DNA from: Coraliomargarita sp.
GTDB taxonomy: Bacteria; Verrucomicrobiota; Verrucomicrobiia; Opitutales; Coraliomargaritaceae
NCBI GenBank assembly: GCA_965216325.1
Contig: OZ244160.1
Span: forward strand, 352,001 to 416,000
Direction: 5' to 3'
DNA length: 64,000 nucleotides
Each line of letters starts with the position of its first letter. Position 1 is the stretch's first letter. Under the pieces are notes generated by a model that did not search any database, was not told the DNA's origin, and saw only the letters and a program-made list of their open reading frames with translations. Of this stretch, positions 56,516 to 64,000 are shown one piece after another. Position numbers and translations under genes: made by a program.

Positions 56516-59500
56516 AAAACATATTTTATCAGGTGTGCCTCGCCACGCTTCTCTTGCTAGTCGTCACCGCTACGGCGGCTGACAATAAAATGGAGGAAGC
56601 TTCAAAAGAGAATCAGTTTCAGGTAGTAAGCTCAAATCTTTTACAAGAATACGTGAAGCGTTTTAACGCAGATGATGAGGAGCTCTACTCGAACATCAAA
56701 AACAAGGATGCCTTTGAATACCTTAACAACAATATTCCGCTGTTTGAATGCCCGGATGAGGATTTTCAGCGCAACTGGTATTTCCGCTGGTGGACCTTTC
56801 GTAAGCATATAAAGTCTACACCGGATGGTTATGTTGTCACCGAATTTCTACCCAAAGTACCTTGGTCGGGAAAATATAACACAATCAGTTGTCCGGCGGG
56901 GCATCAATACTATGAAGGTCGCTGGCTTCATGACACCAAAATCCTGGATGACTACTCATCATTCTGGTTGCGCAAGGGCGGAGAGCCGCGACGCTACAGT
57001 TTCTGGATCGCCGACTCATTTTATAAGCGTCACCTTGTGACTCCGAACAAGGACTTTATTATCGGTTTTCTGGATGATTTAATTAAAAATTATCAGGCAT
57101 GGGAAAAATCTCATAAAAAAGGCAACGTGCTATTTGCTCAATCCGCAGACAGAGATGGCATGGAAATGGCAATTGGCGGCGACGGGTTCAGACCGACGAT
57201 CAACTCCTATATGTACGGTGATGCTCTAGCTATTGCTGAAATTGCCAAGCTTGCTGGCAAAACTGATATCTCACAAGAATACAAGGCTAAAGCTTTAGAG
57301 ATTAAGCATGAAGTTCAGGCGAAACTCTGGGATAATGACGCAAAGTTCTTTAAAGTTCTGCGACCTCATAAAAATCAATTAGAAAAAGTTCGTGAGCTTC
57401 ACGGCTACACTCCGTGGTACTTCAATCTGCCGGACAAAAACAAGGGCTACGAAACGGCTTGGGAGCAACTGATGGATGCCAAGGGATTTTACGCACCCTA
57501 TGGTCCAACCAGCGCAGAGCAACGTCATCCTGGATTTCAAATATCCTACAGGGGTCATGAATGTCAGTGGAATGGACCGTCATGGCCATTTGCAACATCT
57601 CAAACTTTAACAGCTCTCGCCAACGTGCTGAATCATTACCCGCAGAATGTAGTATCTAAAGAGGACTACTTCGAAACCTTGAAGATCTACACCAAAAGCC
57701 ACCAATTTAAGCGAGAAGACGGAGAGGTGGTTTCGTGGATTGACGAGAACCTGAATCCATACACAGGTGATTGGATCTCCAGAACAAGGTTAAAGCAATG
57801 GAACAACGGAACCTGGGATAAAGGCAAAGGTGGCAAGGAACGCGGCAAGGATTATAATCACTCTACTTATAATGACTTGATCATCACTGGATTGGTGGGG
57901 CTGCGCCCCCGTGCTGACAATGTGATAGAAGTAAATCCCTTGCTGCCAGAGAATACCTGGGACTATTTTTGTTTGGATAATGTCCGCTATCACGACCGAA
58001 TCCTCACGATCATCTGGGATAAGACCGGAGAGAAGTATGGCAAAGGAAAAGGACTTTCCGTATATGCAAACGGTGAAAAGATCGCGGCAGCCCCAACCCT
58101 GACAAAGCTTACGGGAACGCTTGACGGTATCGCGCCTATTCCCTACGCGCAAAGAGCTCCTATTGCCACGGATGACTCCACTCATTTGAAAGTGCTGGCG
58201 GTAAGAGCTTCGCATACAAACCCAAGTGACACGACAAGCGGTCTGATCCAAAACAGTATCCCCTATGGCTCAGGTGACGAGAGCATCAAACGATGGACCT
58301 CATGGCCGCAGACAGGCAAAAGCCAGTGGGTAGAGTTGGATCTCGGCGACAAAGCATCGGTTAAATCGCTCGGGGTATTCTGGTTTCAGGACAATGCTGG
58401 TGTCAAAGTTCCTGCGTCGTGGCATGTCGAAGCTTCTGATGATCAGGCCGGCCCATGGGTTAAAGTGCCCTCGACTGGTGGTGACTTCGGCGTCAAGCTG
58501 GATGTCTATAATACCGTTCAATTCGGAGGAACACTAAAGTATCGCTATGTGCGCATCGTCATGAAACCCACCAAGGGTAAAGCACTCGGGATTCTATCAA
58601 TAGATGTTACGGGAACGCCTGACGGTACTGCGGTTATTCCATACTTGCAAAAAAAAACTGTTGCCGCGGATCGACCTAACATCGTCATCATTCTCGCTGA
58701 TGATGCGGGATTCTCGGATCTCGGCTGTTTCGGTGGAGAGATAGAGACCCCCAACCTTGACTCCCTGGCGGCCAACGGACTTCGCTTCACCGAGTTTTAT
58801 AACTCGGCACGCTGTTGGCCGACACGAGCTAACCTCATGACCGGACGTTATGACAATTTTCTCAATAAAAACAGTATCACCATACCTCAGGTTCTTAAGA
58901 CAGCAGGATATAATACGGCCATGGTTGGAAAATGGCACCTCGGGGGGCATACATTTGATCCAAACGGTCCGAACGCTCCGATTAATCGGGGGTTCGATGA
59001 CTTTTACGGCACCCTGCATGGAGCTGGCTCCTACTATGATCCAATGACTCTGACTCGCAATAGAAAGAGCATTGAGCCCGATAATGAGAGTTTCTACTAC
59101 ACCGACAAGATCGGCGAGGAGGCTGTTCGCCAGATAAAAGCTCTGGCCAAGGCAGAGAAACCCTTCTTCCAATACGTTGCCTTCACTGCACCACATTGGC
59201 CCATTCACGCTCCGGAAAAAACCATTCAGAAGTATATCAAACGATACGAGGGTGGCTGGGAGAAACTGCGCCAAGACAGGTATGCGCGCATGCTCAAGAT
59301 GGGGATCATCGATGAAAAGCGCTTCCCTCTGCCGCCGATGGAGCCGAACGTCAAACCATGGAATGAGGTGGATCATAAACCCTGGCGTATCCGCAACATG
59401 GCAGTCTACGCCGCAATGGTTGACCATATGGACCAGGCTATCGGCCGAATCATTGATGCTCTGAAAAGCTCCGGACAGTTTGACAACACACTCATCTTCT

Positions 59501-60636
59501 ATGCTTCCGACAACGGTGCCTGTCCTGAAGTACTTCACGGAAAAGGCTGGGGTACTGCCGACAACATCCTGGCTAAGGCCAAACAACAGGGCAAAAAAGT
59601 TGCCGTGGGTAATGTTTACAGTGTCCCGATGGGGGGACCGTTGACCTACGGCAGTGTGGGGCCGAATTGGGCCTGCGCCCAGAACACTCCGATGCGCCGT
59701 TACAAGAAGAACGTCCACAATGGCGGCGCATGCACACCCGCAATCATGCACTGGCCCGTCGGTCTAAAGACGGAACCTGGCTCCATCTCCCGGCAAAGGG
59801 GGCATGTGGTCGACTTGATGGCTACCTGCCTTGAGCTTGCAGACGCCAAGTATCCCGAAACGCTTAACGGAATTCCCCTCAAGCCGCACGCAAGCCTCTC
59901 TCTGGTTCCTGCCATCGTCGGCAAGGACCTGCCGCGGGATCATGCTTATTTCTTTAATCACGAGGGCACGCACGCCGTTGTAAAAGGCAATTACAAGATT
60001 GTTCGCGAACCCAATAGCGCCTGGGAGCTCTATGACCTGTCTGAAAACCGAACCGAGACCAAGAATATTGCGCAGAAACACCCTGAAGTTGTCAGTGAAC
60101 TCTCCAAGCTATGGGAACGCTGGTCCAAGGGGAAAAAAACTCCCGTTGCCGCGGCTAACCGGGACGTGCAAAAAGCTCCTGCTGCCGCGGATAAATCCAC
60201 TCATTTGAAAGTGGTGGCGGTAAGAGCTTCGCATACAAACACAAGTGACACGACAAGCGGTCTGATCCAAAACAGTACCCCCTATGGATCAGGTGACGAG
60301 AGCATCAAGCGATGGACCTCATGGCCGCAGACAGGCAAAAGCCAGTGGGTAGAGTTGGATCTCGGCGACAAAGCATCGGTTAAATCGCTCGGGGTATTCT
60401 GGTTTCAGGACAATGCTGGTGTCAAAGTTCCTGCGTCGTGGCATGTCGAAGCTTCTGATGATCAGGCCGGCCCATGGGTTAAAGTGCCCTCCTCTGATGG
60501 TAAGTTCGGCGTCAAGCTGGATGTCTATAATACCGTTCAGTTCGGAGGAACACTAAAGTATCGCTATGTGCGCATCGTTATGACACCAACTGAGGGTAAA
60601 GCACTCGGAATTCTATCAATAAAAATAAAGGAGTAG
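56512..60636 (+). CDS. Fusion: six-hairpin glycosidase (MGH1/GH142-like) + F5/8C-like + S1 sulfatase + F5/8C-like
   Basis: NIPLFECPD...YFRWWTFRKH, DGME, RPTINSY, WNGPSWP, DYNHST; PNIVIILADD, CWPTR; two near-identical binding modules. Confidence 0.85.
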   Translation: MKNIFYQVCLATLLLLVVTATAADNKMEEASKENQFQVVSSNLLQEYVKRFNADDEELYSNIKNKDAFEYLNNNIPLFECPDEDFQRNWYFRWWTFRKHIKSTPDGYVVTEFLPKVPWSGKYNTISCPAGHQYYEGRWLHDTKILDDYSSFWLRKGGEPRRYSFWIADSFYKRHLVTPNKDFIIGFLDDLIKNYQAWEKSHKKGNVLFAQSADRDGMEMAIGGDGFRPTINSYMYGDALAIAEIAKLAGKTDISQEYKAKALEIKHEVQAKLWDNDAKFFKVLRPHKNQLEKVRELHGYTPWYFNLPDKNKGYETAWEQLMDAKGFYAPYGPTSAEQRHPGFQISYRGHECQWNGPSWPFATSQTLTALANVLNHYPQNVVSKEDYFETLKIYTKSHQFKREDGEVVSWIDENLNPYTGDWISRTRLKQWNNGTWDKGKGGKERGKDYNHSTYNDLIITGLVGLRPRADNVIEVNPLLPENTWDYFCLDNVRYHDRILTIIWDKTGEKYGKGKGLSVYANGEKIAAAPTLTKLTGTLDGIAPIPYAQRAPIATDDSTHLKVLAVRASHTNPSDTTSGLIQNSIPYGSGDESIKRWTSWPQTGKSQWVELDLGDKASVKSLGVFWFQDNAGVKVPASWHVEASDDQAGPWVKVPSTGGDFGVKLDVYNTVQFGGTLKYRYVRIVMKPTKGKALGILSIDVTGTPDGTAVIPYLQKKTVAADRPNIVIILADDAGFSDLGCFGGEIETPNLDSLAANGLRFTEFYNSARCWPTRANLMTGRYDNFLNKNSITIPQVLKTAGYNTAMVGKWHLGGHTFDPNGPNAPINRGFDDFYGTLHGAGSYYDPMTLTRNRKSIEPDNESFYYTDKIGEEAVRQIKALAKAEKPFFQYVAFTAPHWPIHAPEKTIQKYIKRYEGGWEKLRQDRYARMLKMGIIDEKRFPLPPMEPNVKPWNEVDHKPWRIRNMAVYAAMVDHMDQAIGRIIDALKSSGQFDNTLIFYASDNGACPEVLHGKGWGTADNILAKAKQQGKKVAVGNVYSVPMGGPLTYGSVGPNWACAQNTPMRRYKKNVHNGGACTPAIMHWPVGLKTEPGSISRQRGHVVDLMATCLELADAKYPETLNGIPLKPHASLSLVPAIVGKDLPRDHAYFFNHEGTHAVVKGNYKIVREPNSAWELYDLSENRTETKNIAQKHPEVVSELSKLWERWSKGKKTPVAAANRDVQKAPAAADKSTHLKVVAVRASHTNTSDTTSGLIQNSTPYGSGDESIKRWTSWPQTGKSQWVELDLGDKASVKSLGVFWFQDNAGVKVPASWHVEASDDQAGPWVKVPSSDGKFGVKLDVYNTVQFGGTLKYRYVRIVMTPTEGKALGILSIKIKE
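58177..60621 (+). repeat. Intragenic 426-bp domain duplication
   Basis: 58177-58602 vs 60196-60621 (offset 2019, in frame), few substitutions. Confidence 0.95.
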
Positions 60637-60638
60637 AG

Positions 60639-61772
60639 ATGAAACGGTTTATAGCATTAGCAATGGCTGGAGTACTTGTTACAGGGTGCACCACGACAAA
60701 ACAGAGTGGTAGTTTAAAACTGAACAAGGCAGAGTTTGTAAAAACTATCGACGGCAAGAAGACAAATCTGTATATACTGAAAAACAGCAACGGCGTAGAA
60801 GTTGCTGTAACCAACTACGGAGCCCGTACAGTCGGTATATCTGTTCCCGATAAAAATGGTCAATTCGAGGATGTTATCAGCGGTTTTAATACCCTCGATG
60901 AATACATCAACTGCCCGGAGCCTTTTCACGGTCCCATAGTAGGTCGTGTAGGCAACCGTATTGCCCGAGGTAAATTCAAGCTAGACGGCAAAGAATACAA
61001 TGTGTCGATCAACAACGGGCCAAATCATCTGCACGGCGGCCTCAAAGGGTTCCACCATCGTGTCTGGGATGTAAAAAGTGTGAGCGATAAGGCAATCGCC
61101 CTGCACTACCTGTCAAAAGATGGTGAGATGGGCTATCCCGGTAACCTCAGCGTCGATGTACGCTACGCCCTCAACGATAAAAATGAATTGTCCATATCCT
61201 ATAAAGCAACAACGGATAAGAAAACAGTCGTCAACCTGACCTGGCACCCCTTCTTCAATCTTGCAGGAGAAGGGACGACCATCAATGATCACATCATGGA
61301 AATCAATGCCGATGCCTATACTCCGGTTGATGAAACTCTGATTCCTTTCGGGGAAAATGTGACCGTGAAAAATACTCCTTTCGATTTTCGCAAACCAAAG
61401 GCCATCGGCCGTGACCTGGATCAGCAGAAAAACAACACACAGCTCCAACACGGTGCCGGGTATGATCATAACTGGGTACTTAAGCGCCCTGATGACAAGT
61501 CTATGGCATTTGCCGCACGTATAACGGAACCACAAAGCGGACGAGTTATGGAGATCTACACTCAGGAACCTGGACTCCAGTTTTACGGAGGAAACTTTTT
61601 CGATGGAAAGACGAATGGTAAAAACGGAAAGCCGCAGATCCATCGCGGAGCAATGGCACTTGAAACACAAAAGTTCCCCGATGCACCGAATCAGCCGAAT
61701 TTTCCGTCAGTCGTTTTGAAACCGGGCGAAGTATACGAAACCAGCTCTATCTATCGCTTTTCGGTTAGGTAG
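60639..61772 (+). CDS. galM: Aldose 1-epimerase (mutarotase), lipoprotein
   Basis: GRVGNRIA, HLHGG, GYPGNL, NLTWH, YDHN, ETQKFPD; lipobox VTGC. Confidence 0.93.
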   Translation: MKRFIALAMAGVLVTGCTTTKQSGSLKLNKAEFVKTIDGKKTNLYILKNSNGVEVAVTNYGARTVGISVPDKNGQFEDVISGFNTLDEYINCPEPFHGPIVGRVGNRIARGKFKLDGKEYNVSINNGPNHLHGGLKGFHHRVWDVKSVSDKAIALHYLSKDGEMGYPGNLSVDVRYALNDKNELSISYKATTDKKTVVNLTWHPFFNLAGEGTTINDHIMEINADAYTPVDETLIPFGENVTVKNTPFDFRKPKAIGRDLDQQKNNTQLQHGAGYDHNWVLKRPDDKSMAFAARITEPQSGRVMEIYTQEPGLQFYGGNFFDGKTNGKNGKPQIHRGAMALETQKFPDAPNQPNFPSVVLKPGEVYETSSIYRFSVR

Positions 61773-61897
61773 TCCCAGAGAAATTAACAAGAGCAGAATA
61801 AGACCCCAGTCAAATCCGGCTTAACTCTTGAGGCAAAGCCGTTACAATTAGCTTCAGCCCACCTCGCCCCAAAAATGAAATATCGCTCATAAATAAT

Positions 61898-64000
61898 ATG
61901 CTGAAAAGACTAACAGTCTTCACCCTGGCCTTGTTATGTGTCATCCGATTTTGCGCAGGTGCAATCAGCTTCGGAAACGAAAACTTAACGTTTTCGATCA
62001 CTGATGATGGATTGGTTCAGAGTGTTACCAGTAATGGAGAACATGTAAAGGGGGCACACGAAAGGTTAGGTCCTCTTTTTAAGGTCACGCTTTTAGAGAA
62101 TGTCTTTGGTCTAGATGAAGGCCGACGCAGGGAGGTCGGTCTACGCCCCATTTCTCAGGACAACCAGTTGATCACTCTGGCGCCAGAGAGAGGAGAACTC
62201 CCCCAGTTTACCTTCACGACCATTGATAAGGGGTCCTACTTTGTCCTCAAGCTGGTTTCCATGAGAAACCCTAAGGATGAACACGCTATTCAGCTAAAGA
62301 TGGGGAGGGTCAGCGGCACGGATTGGTTACCTCTTGATGACGTGACTAAGAAGACCTATCGTCGGGGAAACGAACCGCATTTCTTTGGTGTGTTACAGCG
62401 GTCTCCCAGTCTCCCCTTAGGGAGTATTGCGATGTGGGCGAATGGCGGGGATCACGATGAGAGGCTTTACCAGATTTGGACGACAGAAGACATACCACAT
62501 CCAAAGGTTGATGGTGAGTGGACTGTTGAACGAGCCAAGCAATGGAATGCGGAGTATGCCCGCGATGTTCGCAATGGTTATAAGAATATGATGATCATTG
62601 GTCCCCGTAAACCAGAGGATTTAAGGCCGCTGGTGGATATCGGTGAGAAATTTGGCATGAAGCAAATATACATGCACCTGAATACTTGGGGGGGTAGATA
62701 CTGGGCTTCGGATCGGGACAACCTAGACGTGAATAGGAACATCTTTCCTACGGGGACTGACGGGATGATCGATTTCGCTAACTATCTTGATCGCAAAGGG
62801 ATGCAGTTAACATTCAGGACAGTCAGTTACGCGCTGGGTGCGAAACACCCGGACTATCTTTCGGAAAAAAGGATCGATCCCCGGTTGGCTTCATGGTGGC
62901 AGGGGACTTTAGCGGAAGATGTGGATGCCCAGGCAACACAAATCAAGGTAGCTGAGGGGAGGGAGCATTTTACTCACTATAACGCAAACCGACGCTGGAA
63001 AGAGATCTTTGGCATGCGTTGTATGCAAATTGGCAATGAATTGATCACTTTCAAAGAGTATGCCAACAATGGTGATGGCACGTGGACTCTGAAGGGGTGC
63101 AAGCGCGGATTTGGTAGAACTGAAGCGAGCGCTCACCAGGGAGGTGTCATCGCGAAGGGGCTATACCGTATTTATGGGATCGCCTTTGCTCCGGATCCGG
63201 ATAGCAGCATGATGCATGAAATGGCGAAACGCTTTGGTGAATTTCATAATGAGGTGCATGCGGGAATCGTCAATTTTGATGCCATGGAAGTACAGGAAAT
63301 GATGTACTACTATGGTGACACGAAGTTTACCGGAGAGGTGTATCGTCACATCGACCACCCAGTGAATGGCAGTACGTCTGGACCTGCGCTGACCTGGGGA
63401 TATTATGAGCCGTTGTTTCATTCCGTGCGTAACAGCGGAGTGCAAAGCGATGTGGCAATACCGAAGACGATTCCTGCTGCCCGTGATATGAAGATTGGAC
63501 TGCACCAGAGCCATTGGTCCGCTAGTAGTCCTTACGCGTATGTGTGGGCGATTCCTGGTAATGCGGCAGCTGGTAGGGGGATTGACTTAAGTGCACAGGC
63601 GGGGTTTCATGATGTCACTATGGAGATGGTCAATCAACACGGACTGATTGATTATTACGCAAACGTCTTTCAGCAATGGAGTCAGTATGGCTCACAACTG
63701 CCAAAAGCAATAAAGCAGCGCATCTTCTCATCATTTATTCCCCATGGCCGTTATAGTCTGATTGATGAAGTGTTTCGATTTGAGGGGGAAGGAGATAACC
63801 TCAGTGTCGTGCCCTTTAGAGTCATGAAACGAGAGGGTGTTGATCGGGGGTGGACCTATCACCAAGAGCACGGCACAGTATATCCATACCAATACATTCG
63901 TCCTCGCAGTAATTCATTTTCTGGCAGCATCTTAAAGGTTAAGAACCCCTATAAAGCTCAGGTCCCAGAATTCATTATTCGCGTGATGCCTGACTTTAAT
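61898..64000 (+). CDS. Secreted hypothetical protein, paralog of 42966-46910, runs off the window
   Basis: Not in the ORF track (no stop in window). MLKRLTVFTLALLC start; IPHPKVDGEWTVERAKQW, IYMHLNTW, IDPRLA, QIGNELI, NPYKAQVPEFIIRV align to the paralog. Confidence 0.8.
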   Translation, partial: MLKRLTVFTLALLCVIRFCAGAISFGNENLTFSITDDGLVQSVTSNGEHVKGAHERLGPLFKVTLLENVFGLDEGRRREVGLRPISQDNQLITLAPERGELPQFTFTTIDKGSYFVLKLVSMRNPKDEHAIQLKMGRVSGTDWLPLDDVTKKTYRRGNEPHFFGVLQRSPSLPLGSIAMWANGGDHDERLYQIWTTEDIPHPKVDGEWTVERAKQWNAEYARDVRNGYKNMMIIGPRKPEDLRPLVDIGEKFGMKQIYMHLNTWGGRYWASDRDNLDVNRNIFPTGTDGMIDFANYLDRKGMQLTFRTVSYALGAKHPDYLSEKRIDPRLASWWQGTLAEDVDAQATQIKVAEGREHFTHYNANRRWKEIFGMRCMQIGNELITFKEYANNGDGTWTLKGCKRGFGRTEASAHQGGVIAKGLYRIYGIAFAPDPDSSMMHEMAKRFGEFHNEVHAGIVNFDAMEVQEMMYYYGDTKFTGEVYRHIDHPVNGSTSGPALTWGYYEPLFHSVRNSGVQSDVAIPKTIPAARDMKIGLHQSHWSASSPYAYVWAIPGNAAAGRGIDLSAQAGFHDVTMEMVNQHGLIDYYANVFQQWSQYGSQLPKAIKQRIFSSFIPHGRYSLIDEVFRFEGEGDNLSVVPFRVMKREGVDRGWTYHQEHGTVYPYQYIRPRSNSFSGSILKVKNPYKAQVPEFIIRVMPDFN

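Noticed and set aside
58597..59751. 384-aa minus-strand ORF
   Set aside because: Antisense to the sulfatase domain; no independent coding evidence

Overview
This is a mosaic bacterial island for degrading sulfated polysaccharides; gene content suggests a marine PVC-superphylum bacterium (Verrucomicrobiota/Kiritimatiellota/Lentisphaerota), which is inference. It holds eight intact S1 sulfatase domains plus one truncated sulfatase, three GH2 genes, three GH141-like beta-helix/CBM6 proteins, GH31, GH127-like, a six-hairpin GH/sulfatase fusion, two Gfo/Idh/MocA oxidoreductases, DUF1080, ThuA, GalM, an MFS transporter, an AraC regulator and a Fic-MerR gene. It also carries IS3, IS1380 and ISL3 elements or scars and GH50 and GH16 remnants. 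The most striking feature is a minus-strand array (about 5-29 kb). In it, eight genes of three unrelated enzyme classes start with the same 23-codon leader (invariant DNA core CCTTTGCCGG), are separated by conserved hairpin spacers, and share near-identical C-terminal binding modules. Orphan gene-end scars and patchy divergence between duplicates suggest a repeat-mediated, cassette-like enzyme-shuffling array; no dedicated recombinase is visible in the window. Similar leader or module homogenisation recurs at the Gfo paralog pair and inside the GH-sulfatase fusion. Two paralogs of a large secreted protein I cannot assign are candidate new glycoside hydrolases. All family calls come from motif recognition by eye; no database search was run.
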